Assembly: GCF_026210795.1 (NCBI RefSeq)
Contig: NC_089432.1
Coordinates: 2,914,001 to 2,978,000 of the forward strand
Origin: Rhizophagus irregularis
Taxonomy: Eukaryota
Length of the DNA: 64,000 nucleotides
Direction of reading: 5' to 3'
The number at the start of each line of letters is the position of its first letter. The first letter of the stretch is position 1. Under the pieces are notes generated by a model, which did no database searches, was not told the origin of the DNA, and was given only the letters and a program-made list of their open reading frames with translations. This document shows positions 1 through 13,603 of this stretch, in pieces. The position numbers and the translations under genes were made by a program.

Positions 1-9
1 CATTATTTT

Positions 10-2282
10 TTAAAAAAATTCTTGCATATCATTTAAATCATTTAATCTATACATAGCATCTTTATCTCCTTGTTCAGAAGATCTTTTATACCAATAAATT
101 GCTTGACTCATATCTCTTTTAGTCCCATTTCCACTTTCATACATCAAAGCAAGATTATATTGAGCTATACTATTTCCTAAATTTGCAGCTTTTTGATATA
201 ATTCAAAACCTTTTTCCATATCAATATCAGTACCAATTCCTTTATAATAACAATAACCTAATAAATTCATACCACCTGAATGACCACCTTCCGCTGATCT
301 TTTAGATAATTCGAAAGCTTTATCATCATCTTTATCAATAACTTCACCATCAATATACATATCAGCAAGATTACATTGAGCTCTAATATTTCCTTGATCA
401 GCAGCTTTTTGAAATAATTCAAATGCTTTTTGTACATCAACATCAGTTCCAATTCCATTATAATAATAATATCCTAAAAGATTTATTCCACTCAAATATT
501 CTTTTTCTGCTAATTTTTTAGATAATTCAAAAGCTTTATCATAATTTTTAATATCACCTTCACCATCTTCATATAAATAAGCAAGACTATATTGAGCCAA
601 ACAATTATCTAATTCTGCTGATTTTTGATATAATTCAACTGCTTTTTCTTTATAAACATTAATTATAATTCCATGATAATTAAAATATCCTAATAAATAA
701 ATAGAATTTGAATCATTTTGATTATTTAAAAGCCAATTATAAATTTCTTGTAAATTTATTTTAAAATTATTAATATAATTTAAAATATTTTTCTTTCTTG
801 TACTTTCTTCTTTTCCTTCATTTACTTCTTTAAAAGAAAAATTAATCAATTCATCAATCACAATACTTAAATTTTCTTCAAATATATTTTTATGAATATT
901 CTTTGTTGTAGGTTCTAATTCTTTTATATTTGTTTTATCAAAATTTTGAATAATTTGATATAAATCTTCATTTAATTGATTATTATCTGATGTTAGTGAT
1001 GTAGAATCAAGTTGATCTGATCGTTTTAATATCATTTTGTTTTTCGTAATAATTGTTTTTAATTTAGAAACCACTTGATTAATTTCGGGTCTATTATCTG
1101 GATCGTTATTCCAACATTCTAAAAATAATAATAATAATAATAATAGTAAATATAAGATTTTAATTTAAATAACATTAAAAATTAATTATATTTACCAATA
1201 TAGAGAATAGAATAATCAAGAGGAGTATTTGAAACAATTGATTCTCTATAACCTTTTAAAATTTTCATAATTAAATTATCATTATATGATTCATCTTTAA
1301 ATGGTGATTGACCACTTGATATCTCCCATAATATTACACCAATACTATAAACGTCACTCTTCTGATTTAATGAGTACGGATTTGATGAGTACGAATTTAA
1401 TAAGTACGGTTTTAACATTTTTGGTTCAATATAACATATCAAATCCGATTTTTGATTAGATAATTCCTTGGCCCTTTTCGATAATCCAAAAACGGTTAAT
1501 TTGATTGTATTTTGATGAATTAATATATTATTAGGGTTCTATTGTAAAAAAAATATATAATATGAATTTTATGAAAATCTTTTAAATTATTCAACATTAT
1601 AAAAATTAGTAAAATTACCAAGCCACAATAGGAAATCCCTTTATCATGTAAATGTGATACAGCACATGTTAACTGGTATGCAAATTCGTACTTGTCTTCC
1701 CAAGTTAGTTTATTAAAGTTTTCTTTCAAATAGTTTCGAAGGGAATTACCATTAGCGTACTCCATTACTAATAAATATTCCTTCGCTTGATTATTTCGAA
1801 CTTCTAATTCAAAAGTAGTTAATTAATATATTTTATAAAGTCGAATTAAAAATATATAATTCATAACTTTAAATATTGTAATACATATATTACCTTTACT
1901 CGTAATACCAAAAAATCTAATGATATTTACGTGTAAATTAACATCGTTACAAAATTCAAGCTAAATTACAAATATAACTGATTCGTAAATGATTAGACCA
2001 AAAATATATTTTATTAATAATTTTTATAAAATTTACCTCATGAATGATTTCTTTAACAGTAATATTATCAATGTTAAGGGATTTTAATACAAAATATTGT
2101 TCCGAATTCTTCCAATTTGCACGATAAACTTTTCCAAAATTATCATTATTAATTTTTTCAATATTATGAAAATGATAATATTCATAATATTTTATATTTT
2201 TATTTTTAGAAATATATTCTTCAATACAATTAATCCATTCATTTGAATATTTTGTTACTTGAACTTCGTTTTTATAGGACAT
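10..2282 (-). CDS. TKL-like pseudokinase + 6 SEL1 repeats; 5 exons (2282-2037, 1960-1894, 1803-1619, 1538-1196, 1118-10)
   Basis: GT-AG introns at the same positions as in the paralogs. The spliced frame is open (LVMEYANG, KSDVYSIGVILWEI, CWNNDPDNRP, then SEL1 repeats). HRD reads YCG and DFG reads VFG. Confidence 0.88.
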
Positions 2283-3773
2283 ATTAGGATTATTGAATGT
2301 AAAAAAGCGAAAAATCTAGGAATGTAAAAAAATGGTAGTGAAAATAAACCAATGAAACGTGATTATATATTACGTTATTTGGTTAGTCATTGATGTCATA
2401 GATGCAATATTATGTATAACATACATGAAGTTTATTGGTGGTACCATGAAAATGATCGACTGCTGCAAATTTTAATGATATACTTCTTGTTTGTCCAAGA
2501 TTTTTTACGATAATATTACAAAAGAGGGTTTCGTCAAAAATTACGACGACTTATTTCAAAAAAAAAAAATATTATAATTTATATAAATCACACTTTTGAA
2601 ACTATTAATGAAATTTGAATTACGATAATACGAATAATTGAACAATATCATTTTTTATAAATTACAATAAAAGTTAAGTTTATTAAATTTGATTTTACTT
2701 TGTAATGAAGTATTGATTATTTCAAAATTTATTAACGATATTTGTAGATGTCATTATTTAAGCTAATAGTATTTAATAGTTTCTTTGCGTTTAATTTTTG
2801 TAATACCGATATTTTTGTTTGATTTATATGATGAAATTTAAACGTTTCGCTCTTATGACGTCTTTCAAAATACGTGTTTTTTTTAATATATCTTTTTTTC
2901 AAAAAAGCTAAATTACCATACCGCACTGCACAAGATACATCGTACTCCCATGGGTATTTTGTAAGATACATGGCCAAAATTTAATTCCAGAATTAATATT
3001 TTTCAAGTCGTATATTGTATACTGGTCTTCTTTCCCAGCGGACTTCTTATGATTAATAGCTTAAAATATGTATCTACAGATTCAATATTCGTATAAAAGG
3101 TAAGCCACTGCGGCTATTATCAAAATATGAGAAACGATATTTGTAATAATTTTACGTTAAGATATCATATGTGCGTCACCGTATCATATTTTGAATAAAA
3201 TATTTATGATAAATTGATTTAATTAATATTTTAACAAATTAGAATGAACAAATCAATTACATTAAACGTTAGGTTCATTAAATTCTTTATAACTATACAT
3301 AATATATTCAATTCGACAAATTATTTTCTACGTTAATTTAAACGTCACGTCGTCACGTCGTCACAATGTCATGTCGTCACGTTGTTAAACAATATAGGGG
3401 GCAGTTACACAGTATTACGATGCACAAAAGTTATTTAAAATTGAACGTTCAAAATCATTAATACATAAAAATATTTTCCTCAATTAAAATTATTCAATAT
3501 TTTCACTAATAATTTGCGTTATTATGACATTTAAAATGATGAATTTAACCATATTAATATGTTTAGGAATTAAATACAATTTCGTATTATTACATTATTA
3601 TATCTCTTCTAATGGATCATCATAATTACGTCATAATGGTCCATTGGGTCTAAACCCGTATTGGATAATAAACAAATATGTTGTGATAATAATTCACAAC
3701 ATAAGTAAGTACTATTTAATACGACAAGAACAATAATAAAAGGATTTACAAATTTCTTTTTTTTTTTGATAAA

Positions 3774-4685
3774 ATGAATACAAAAGAAATGGAACCAACC
3801 ACTCAAAAAAATATTCATAAAAATATATTTGAAGAAGATTTAAGTATTGTAGTTGATGAATTAGTTAATTTGAGTTTTAAACAAGTAAATGAAGGAAAAG
3901 AAGAATTTGTAAGAAAACAACATGTTTTAGATTATATTAAAAATCATAATATAAATTTACAAGAAATTTATAATTGGTTATTAAATAATCAAAATAATTC
4001 AAATTCTATTTATTTATTAGGATATTTTAATTATCATGGAATTTTAACAAATCTTGATAAAAAAAAAGCTTTTGAATTATATGATAAAGCAGCAAAATTA
4101 GAAAATAATTTGGCTCAATTTAGTCTTGCTTATATGTATGAAGATGGTGAAGGTGGTCATAAAGATTATAATAAAACTTTTAAAATATCTAAAAAATTGG
4201 CTGATAATGGACATTCTGGTGGAATAAATTTATTAGGTTATTGTTATTATAATGGAATAGGTACTGATATTGATATGCAAAAAGCATTTGATTTATATCA
4301 AAAAGCTGCTGATTTAGGTAATCCTAAATCTCAATATAATCTTGCTTTAATGTATGAAGTTGGAATTATTGAAAATGATGATAATAAAGCTTTTGAATTA
4401 TCTAAAAAATCTGCTGAAGGTGGTTATTCTGGTGGAATGAATTTATTAGGTTATTATTATAATTTTGGTGTAGGTACTGATGTTGATATGCAAAAATCTT
4501 TTGAATTATATCAAAAAGCTGCAAATTTTGGTAATCATGATGCTCAATATAATCTTGCTTTAGCTTATGAATATGGTAGTGGTGTTGAAAAAGATATAAA
4601 CAAAGCGATTTATTGGTATAAAAAATCTGCTAAACAAGGTTCTCAAAATGCGAAAAAAAAATTAGAAGTTTTTTCTGAAAATTGA
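3774..4685 (+). CDS. Kinase-less SEL1-repeat protein (303 aa, 6 repeats), close paralog of the last exon of the 10-2282 gene
   Basis: NIHKNIFEExLSIVxDELxN and INLQEIYNWLLNNQN are shared with the 10-1074 ORF; no kinase exons upstream. Confidence 0.85.
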   Translation: MNTKEMEPTTQKNIHKNIFEEDLSIVVDELVNLSFKQVNEGKEEFVRKQHVLDYIKNHNINLQEIYNWLLNNQNNSNSIYLLGYFNYHGILTNLDKKKAFELYDKAAKLENNLAQFSLAYMYEDGEGGHKDYNKTFKISKKLADNGHSGGINLLGYCYYNGIGTDIDMQKAFDLYQKAADLGNPKSQYNLALMYEVGIIENDDNKAFELSKKSAEGGYSGGMNLLGYYYNFGVGTDVDMQKSFELYQKAANFGNHDAQYNLALAYEYGSGVEKDINKAIYWYKKSAKQGSQNAKKKLEVFSEN

Positions 4686-5624
4686 ATTATAATTAAAATA
4701 GTTTAAATAATATTAGAACTTTTAAATCCAAAGGGTGATATTGTCGTAAAATATACGAAAGTCCGTGTAGAAAAAAAACTAATTTATTTTATGCTCTATA
4801 CTTTTTAATTGCTTGTAATCTCCATATATTATGAAATTATTATGAACGTTAGCTTTTAATGATTAAAAGAGTATGAAAGGAATGATATTTATCATTGATA
4901 TCAGTAAATGACGATAAAAAATAACAATTATACATATTTGGATCTAGATTATGTGATAGTTTAATGTGTACGTTCGAAATTTTCACTCATAATCGCTTGT
5001 TAGTATTGTGTCGTATAAAGTATCTAAAGCGTTATTCAAAAATTTTGACAAAAAATTACAAATTTTAATGGTCTTTTATAAATGCATGCATCAGTTGCAT
5101 CACCTTGATTATTTTCACATGTTACATTTGAAGTTAATCCCATCTTCATTGGCTCTACAATTTTCTGACGTTGAATTAATTTCTGGAAATTTTATAATAA
5201 ATTTATCATAAAAACATTTCAAAATCAAACGCAAACTATATGCATTATTTGTCACGAGACTAACACATAAATATCCTTGTTGCTTTTTTTTCCTTTTAAC
5301 AACGATTTCTTGACTTTTTGGAAACCAATGTGAGTTTGTTTCTTTTGTTCTTTTTTTCATGTTATTATTTTCATTTTCTTTTCATTTAGAGAGTTATTGG
5401 CATTTCTTTTACTTATTTTTTTTCTTTAGTAACAGCTTCTTGGACTTTTTGTAGACCAAATGGTAAATTTATATTTTTCTTTTTGTTCATTTTTTCGGTT
5501 TCTTTTTGTTTGAGGATGTTATCGACGTTCATTTTACTGTTTTCCTTAGTAGCGACTTCTTTAGACTTTTTGGAGTTAAGTGTGAAGATTTTTTTCTTTT
5601 TTCCATTTTTTTCATCCTCTTTTC

Positions 5625-6434
5625 TAGAGGTTGGAACCGACCAAAAAAACCTTAACCGATTAATAATCGACTAATCAGTTACCATAACCGAATAATAATC
5701 GGTTAATTAATCGGTTAATTAATCGGTTAATTTGTGATGAGGTTAACCGATTAATTAATCGGTTAATATATAAATTTTGCACCCTATATGGATAATATAC
5801 ATGTATTATTTCAAAAAGTTATATCAAATTTTAATGGGAAACGAGAACTGACTTTAATTCAAGGTTTACTTAAATGGGAAATTAACAATATTAATGATAG
5901 TGGAATTGAATTGCAAGTTTTTAGGAATGTTTTTATTCCGCCGCCCATTTGAATATTTTGCGTAATATATATCACATGACATTTAGCTACGCCATAAATA
6001 ACTTAAAATAAAAACAAATACTTATAAAAGCATTTAAATATGTTACAAAAAAATATATAATAAATGACCAGATAGAGATTCATTTTCAATAGGTCTATAA
6101 TCAATATATTCTGAAAAAATGTCATTTGTTTCATTATTACCCATATTGTATAATTTTTTTTATAATAAATTAAAATTTCTCAAGTTTTTATAAAAAGTTT
6201 AAATGGGTTTATTTTTTTGACAAGTTTGTCAATACTGTATATTAAAAAAAACTTCTTATCGGAATTTCGGGATAAAAAATCATCATATTATTTTAACCGA
6301 CTAAATTAGTCGGTTAATTAATCGGTTAATTTAGTCGGTTAATTAGTCGATTAACCGATTTTTTGATACTTCTAACCGATTAACCGCCTTAACCGATTAA
6401 TTAATCGATTAACATTAATCGGTTCCAACCTCTA
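5625..6434. mobile_element. hAT-type MITE, 810 bp
   Basis: TIR TAGAGGTTGGAACCGA / TCGGTTCCAACCTCTA; 8-bp TSD CTCTTTTC (5617-5624 and 6435-6442); subterminal TTAACCGA/AATCGGTT repeats. Confidence 0.93.
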
Positions 6435-7042
6435 CTCTTTTCATTTAGAGACATACAAGATTACAAGTGGTTAGGAAATCTAAGAGAAAAATTGTAGAAA
6501 AAGTTGATTACGGAATTCGTAGTGCCCTTCAGGTAAGGAATGGGAGTATAGGAAAAAATGCTTGAACGAAATTCAATGACCATTTTTATGTGGAAGGGAC
6601 AGAATAATGACTTACGGGGAGGAAGGTAGAACTATACAAGTTTCAACCGGTTATAATTATCACAATTTGGGATGCATGGAGTCTTCTTTGGACTTACGTC
6701 AATCGGCCTTCGAGACGTGCTGCGAAAAATATGACGTTAGAGTAACAAATAATTATATAATGAGAAACCTGAAACTGTTGGCGGAAAGGTTTAAAATCTG
6801 CGCCCAGCAACGGTCAACGTGACATGGTGGCGTTGATGTGTCGGATGTCATAACCAACAAAAAAACGAGGAAATTTGGGGAATTTTGCGGAGTTGGTACC
6901 CTTCGAGGTGATATGCCAACCTCTCAGAAAAACGTATCGAACCTGTCGTCTTGTACAACTATACCCTCGCCTTGTCTAGGAAGAAGAATCAGTTAGAATT
7001 GATAGCCAAAAACTATGTTGCAAGTGCGACCAGATTACCTTT

Positions 7043-7573
7043 TTGTACATGCGAGTGTACGTATGTAATGAAAAAGATGCTTCACAAAGGAGTTGCAATG
7101 TTACTTCCATATCAATATTAGTTGAAAAAATATTAGTTGATAAATTTAAGGACAAATCTCGCATTGCGAAATTTATTGATTTTGAGGTTCTTGATACTGA
7201 TCCAAAGGAACTAATATACTATATATCTTGTGTTGCTGAATATGGCTTTGATCACATAATTATTGTTGAAGAGACAGATTATGGAATGATATTTTTAGAT
7301 TGCTATGGCCGGGTTTTTCAGTTGGATGATGAGAGTCAATTTTTGTGGCCACTTGGGGATTCTCCCGAAGAAGCGCAAAAATATTCAACTGATAGAGGTG
7401 AGTTAGCATGGTTCGTAGAGAATGGAGTTATACACGAGTATATTAGGAAACCTCAATGTACGTACTGTATGCAAAGAAAATTATTATGGCAGTATTGTGT
7501 ATTGATTATGTTATTTTGACTAATTTATATATACTTTCTTTCAGATGTATATCCTGAAGTGAAATGGATGTAG
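7043..7573 (+). CDS. Hypothetical protein with a possible SUKH-like C-terminal domain; start uncertain; intron 7458-7544
   Basis: ORF contains MIFLDCYGRVF...LWPLGDSPEEA; a GTACGT..TTCAG intron gives the C-terminus YVYPEVKWM*. Confidence 0.5.
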
Positions 7574-7987
7574 AGGAATAAGTAAAAAGACATCGATGAA
7601 TTAGTTTATATAATTTTTAATTTTAGCGTAATATTTTACATCCAAAAAAATTTATAACAATCTACTGAAATAATAATACATTTTAATGCTAGTTTATATA
7701 ATTTTAATTTTTTAACGTAATATTTTACTTACAAGAATTTATAACAATCTACTGTAAAAATACATTTTAATGCTTTTTCCTATATTTTTTGTTCACCTCT
7801 CTTCAATGTCATTTTTGTGATGTTTCTATATGCATCATTCGATATCAAGTTTGCAAACAACATCGATGACCAATCAGCAAAAACATTGGTGTACAACGAG
7901 ATCAAAAAAAGATTTTTTTTTCTTTCAAAAATTAAGAATTATAGAACACTAAGATTTTGATTTTTTTTTTTAAAAAAAAAATCGTCA

Positions 7988-8154
7988 TAAGGCGGGCAAA
8001 AAAAATTTCTAGATTCTCGTGACATAAAATTTTGCCAAAAACTCAAAATCACGTGATGAAAATTTTTTTGACTATTAAAAAAAAATTTCCATTTTCCGAA
8101 AAACTGACCCGGCCGGGTCACGAGAATCTAAATTTTTCTTTTTTGCCCGGCCTA
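7988..8154. mobile_element. Small degenerate MITE (hAT-like termini)
   Basis: TAAGGCGGGCAAAA..TAGATTCTCGTGAC versus GTCACGAGAATCTA..TTTTGCCCGGCCTA; internal palindrome TGACCCGGCCGGGTCA; no TSD visible. Confidence 0.6.
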
Positions 8155-8553
8155 ATTATATAAATTTCGTAATATTTCAATTATCTGTAATTTGATTTGA
8201 ATAATTTTTTGTATTAATATTGTTTCAAATGGTTTGTGAAATTTTCTAATTATTTTAAAGTTGTAAAAAGGGCATAATAATAAAATTTTTTCTTTTGAAC
8301 GTCTTATGTCGTTTAAAAAATAAGTAGTTAAGGGGAACGTAAATAAGAAATTACACGTACAGTCGTACAGTCGTACAATACTTTAATTATGGCATTATTA
8401 ATCGGAATGTTATATTTCAATGTAAAGTGATACAAAATGTCTTGTCGAATAATGATTGGTTTCCGCTATTGCACTTTAGTTTTCTCATATTGATTTAAAA
8501 TCATTGTTTCAGATTCGCGTAAAAAAGATTTTCTACACTATTCTACACATTAT

Positions 8554-9040
8554 ATCTGCTAAACAGCAGGGATCTCAAAATGCTAAAAAAATGGAATTTT
8601 TTTATAGGATTGAATTATACTTACACTGTATAATAATAGGTGAATATTATTAATTATGAATTTATTTAAAGCCAAAGGTCAACGTTAAAACAGGATTTTG
8701 AACCAAGCAATGACTTGAACGTAGTATGCGGGTAATATTGTCGGACAATTACAATAACTGAAAGAATATAGGAACCAGTCGACACAAAAAAAAACTAGAA
8801 AATTATGATAAAAAAACCTCGGCTTTTTGTAATCTTCTAAAGCATCGTAAGCTAAATTATATTTGAGTTAGATTTCGCTGTGAATCTCTCTATGTTATGA
8901 AATAACAATAAAATTATTAATAGGAAATTATCCTGGACGTGCTATCGTTGACAGAGGTAAATAATGATAATAATCATACATATTTGCGATCTAAGTTATG
9001 TGAGTATATATTCAAAATTTCACTCGAAATTGTTTGTTGA
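8554..9040 (+). pseudogene. Remnant of the 3' end and 3' flank of a SEL1-only gene
   Basis: ATCTGCTAAACA..TCTCAAAATGCTAAAAAAA matches 4625-4660; the downstream flank matches ~4900-5000 (AAATTTTCACTC). Confidence 0.55.
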
Positions 9041-10039
9041 ACAACATGAAAACCCGCTAAAAATTTCGATTTTGACAAAATTTGGGCTGGCATTATGAAT
9101 TTGGCCAGAGTTAAGAAAATTTTGGGTCAATTTTAACCATTTGTATCTTTATAAAAAGATACCTTATATTAATTTTTCTTGGTCAATGATCATTTTTACA
9201 TATTATTAAATCATTAGCCTTGCATCGATTTCTCATTTTTCCGAAGTCAAATTAGTTTTTACGAGTCTATATAATAATAGATTAATTTGTTTTGGTAATC
9301 ATAAAGATGAGATGAATGTGCGACATGAGCAATTTTATAATAGACACGTTACACAAACTTTTTTAAAAAATCAAACAGAAGTTAGTATAACGATTAGTAC
9401 TACCGAATTTGTTAATAATCAAAAAATTTTTAAATTGAACGACATCACATTTACTACGTGTGTTGAGGCACATAGTTTAATTCACCTTTAATTTTGTTAC
9501 GGTATTTGCAAATGCAAAAAACAGCTCTCTCATTTTTAATATCGAATTAATGTGTTTTAAAACAAATAACCCTCATATTTAAAATATGAAATTCTTAGCG
9601 AAAAAAGATTAGTAATCTCATTACAGTCACCGCGCATGTAACATGTAGATCAATTTTATAATAATAAAATTTTGTGTAACCATAATTGAATTACATCATT
9701 TAACAATTAATCATCAATTATAATATACAACACCATACCAAATAAAGTAATTTAATAGATTATCATGTGCTCTATCAGTTTCTTAAATTAGTTTTTCGTT
9801 TTACTAATAATTTTTTTTTCTTACATATACATGAAGTTTATTTTAAAAAACACACTTTTTTTGAGATCCTTTTAAAGGTAAGAAGAAAAATGTAGTTTTA
9901 ACAACAGAAATATATGTAATTTTGCGAGAAAAGAAAGTTTTTCTAAGCTTCCAATATTGGTTATTCAAACAGATTTTGCATAAACTTTAAAAAATCAAAA
10001 TTTTATATTATTTCTTAAGTACGCAAATTTTTTTAAAGT

Positions 10040-10700
10040 AGTAGTTTTAGCAATTTTGACATAAACATATCACCTTTATATATTAAGTAAAAATTGTTCA
10101 GCGATATCAAAACTACTTGCAACTTAATTTTCATTAAATTTCATTTAATAGTTTGTTAAGTTATTTGTATTTTTATAACAATGCTAACTTTAAATTTGTT
10201 ATTTTTTCCGTTTAGTAATTTTAGAGCGTATTTAGGCACTTTATTCATAAGCAAATCGCCTTTGTTTATTAAGTGAAAATTGTTCAGCGAGGTCGAAACT
10301 ACTTGAATTTCAATTTATACGAAATGTTAGCCAATATTTATGAAGCTACTGATGTTATTCATAACACAATTAATTTCAATTTTTTGCACACAATCAGTTA
10401 CTTCAGAACGTAATTTAGACACTTTGGTCATAAGATAATCACCTTCGTGTATTAAGTGATAATTGTTCAATGAGGTCGATTCCATATGTATTTCAATTTT
10501 CATAAGTTTTTAATCAGTACTTATGGAAATATTAGCGTTCATTTATTATCTATTCATTTAATACATTCAGAGCGTAATTTAGGTACTTTGGTTATAAGAG
10601 AATCGCCTTTGTGTATTAAGTGAGAATTGTTCAGTGGGGTCGAAACTAATTGTATATTGAATTTTGTTAATTTTCGTTTGATATTCGTGAAGCTATTGAT
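10040..10700. repeat. Four degenerate tandem repeats of ~165-186 bp
   Basis: TATTAAGT..AATTGTTCA..GGTCGAAACTA recurs near 10092, 10278, 10461 and 10626. Confidence 0.7.
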
Positions 10701-11328
10701 GTTTTACGTAATGGTATAGATTTTCGAAACTTTATTTTCTTTTATTTGTAATATAAAAAAACATTAATTTCAAATGAAGATCCAACTTGAAAACTCAGTT
10801 TGAGTAATGAATTTTTTTTTAATAAATCTGTAGAAATGATCAATAAGTTTATTTTGCTTTTTAAATTAAAGTGTTATATTATATAAATATAATGTTACAT
10901 TTGACATGTATTTTTCTAAATTTAATTAAATTTATGCCGGAATTATGGATTTGGCCAGAATTAAGAAAATTTTGGCCGGAATTACAATTTAAAAATCATC
11001 AATTTTAACCAATTAAAATTAATTTAACCGATTTTAATATATATATATATACTAAATATTCAATAAGTAAGCTGTGCCACAATTTTTATTATATCAATCA
11101 TAATAACAAAAATTAGGGTGTTACATGCGCACTGGTTGATTAGGTATGTTGTACCATGCATCTATCGTCATCATGCAGATTTTCAATAATGCAACTTTTT
11201 CGTATTGTTCGTATGATCGACATGGAAATTCAAGTATATAATGCGAATATACAGTATACCGATTGATCGTCTTATTTAAAGCACAAATTAAATAAAATCC
11301 TTTGTAAAAAAATTTCTACGATTTAACA

Positions 11329-13603
11329 ATGTCTAATAACTCTGAAATTGAATTTACTGATAATTTAGATGAATATATTAATTGGATTGAAGAAGCTGTC
11401 ACGAGAAATTATTTTAAATATTACGATTATAAACACTTTATTAATATTCAAGAAATTGGTTTTGGAAATTCCGGAAAAGTATATCGCGCAAACTGGAAAA
11501 ATTCTCGTAATTATTTAGCATTGAAATCTTTTTATAATTACAATAGCGTCACAATTAAAGAAATTGTTAATGAAGTAATTATAATTTAATTTAATTATAT
11601 TTTTCCTATATATTACGTTCATAAATTAAAATTTTATTTATTTATAAGCTTAAACTTCAACGCGAAGTTGATTTTCATGAGAATATTATTCGATTTTGTG
11701 GCATTACAACAGGTATTATAAATATTTCAATGTATTATTCTCATAATAATTTTAAAAAAGTCTAAAAAAATTTTTTCTTAGAAGAGAACCAAAACGATTA
11801 TTCAAAAAATTTTTTGCTTGTGATGGAATATGCCAATAGTGGTACCCTTCGAAATTATTTATGTAAAAATTTTGAAAACCTCACTTGGAATGATAAATTA
11901 AACCTGGCATTTCAGTTATCTCATGCCGTATCATGCTTACATGATGAAGGGATAGTGCATCGTGATTTGGTACTGTAGGTTATTTGCTTATTTATGTTTA
12001 TTCATGTTGTATGTAAGATTCATTGTATTTAATTATTTATTTTATTTATTGTTTAATATTAGCACTCCAATAATATATTAGTTCACCAAAATACCATCAA
12101 ATTGGCAGATTTTGGATTATCCAAAAGAATCGAAGAATCAACCAATGTTCAATCAAAATTATTTGGAATGGTTGCTTACATTGATCCACAAATATTCAAT
12201 AGAAGAAGGGATAGTAATAACCAAATAAAAATATATGTATTAAATAAGAAGAGTGACATTTACAGTATTGGCATACTCTTATGGGAAATATCTAGTGGGC
12301 GCCCACCTTTTAGTAATGAACCATATGATGTTGGTTTAGCTATGGAAATATTACAAGGTCTTAGGGAAAACCCTATTCCCAATACACCTGAAGACTATGT
12401 GAAAATATATACCGGTAAATACATTTAAATTATAATTTTTATTTATAATAAAAATTTTAATTATTATTTGTTTTTGTTTTAGATTGCTGGAATAAAGAAC
12501 CAGATAATCGTCCAACTGCCGACCAGGTTGTCGCAAAATTAAATGAAATTATTCTATTAAATGAAAAGCAGAATATTGTTGAAATTCCTAAAAATGTTAT
12601 TGATAACTCATTGCATGGAGAAATGTCTCAAGTTATTAAAAACTTTTGTAATATGAATACAAAAGAAATAGAAACATCAATAACATCTGACAATAACTTT
12701 TATATAATGGTTAATGAAATAATTCTCCTTCTTGACAATGTAAATAAAGAAAGGAAAAAACATGAAATTGTTAATTATTTTAATAATCATAATATAACTT
12801 CACAGGAAATTTACAATTGGGTATTAAATAATCAGGATAATTCAAATTCTGTTTTTTTACTTGGAATATTTAATCATTTTGGAATTGAAGTTGATGTTGA
12901 TGAACAAAAGACATTTGAATTATATCAAAATACAGCTAATTCTGGAAATGTATATGGAATAACTAGTTTAGGATATTGTTATGAAAAGGGAATTGGAACC
13001 AGTGTTAATAAACAAAAAGCGTTTGAATTATATCAAAAGGCTGCAAATTTAGGTAATGCGCGCGGATTAAGTAACCTAGGAGTGTGTTATGAAAAAGGCA
13101 TTGGAACTAGAATTGATAAACCAAAGGCGTTTGAACATTTTCTGATAGCAGCGGATTTAGGAAATACACTTGCAATATACAATTTAGGAAGGTGTTATCA
13201 ATATGGTACTGGAATTAGTATTAATAAGAGAAAAGCGTTTGAACTATATCAAAAAGTAGCAAGTTTAGGAAATCCAAATGGAATATGTAATTTAGGATAT
13301 TTATATGAAAAAGGAATTGGAACTAGAATTGATAAGCAAAAAGCGTTTGAGCTATATCAAAAAGCAGCAAATTTAGAGAATGTTATTGGAATAAATAACT
13401 TAGGGTGGTGTTATCAAAGTGGTATTGGAACAAGTATTGATAAACAAAAGGCATTTGATCTATATCAAAAGGCAGCAAATTTAGGAAGTGATTTAGCCCA
13501 ATATAATCTTGCTTTAATGTATGAATTTGGAGAAGGAGTCGAAAGGGATATAAATCAAGCTAATTATTGGTATGAAAAATCTGTTAAGCAAAGATATCAG
13601 TAA
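11329..13603 (+). CDS. TKL-family protein kinase + 7 SEL1 repeats (5 exons)
   Basis: ALKS, MEYA, HRDL|HSNNIL, ADFGLSK, KSDIYSIG and CWNKEPDNRP joined across GT-AG introns; 36-aa SEL1 units. Confidence 0.9.
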
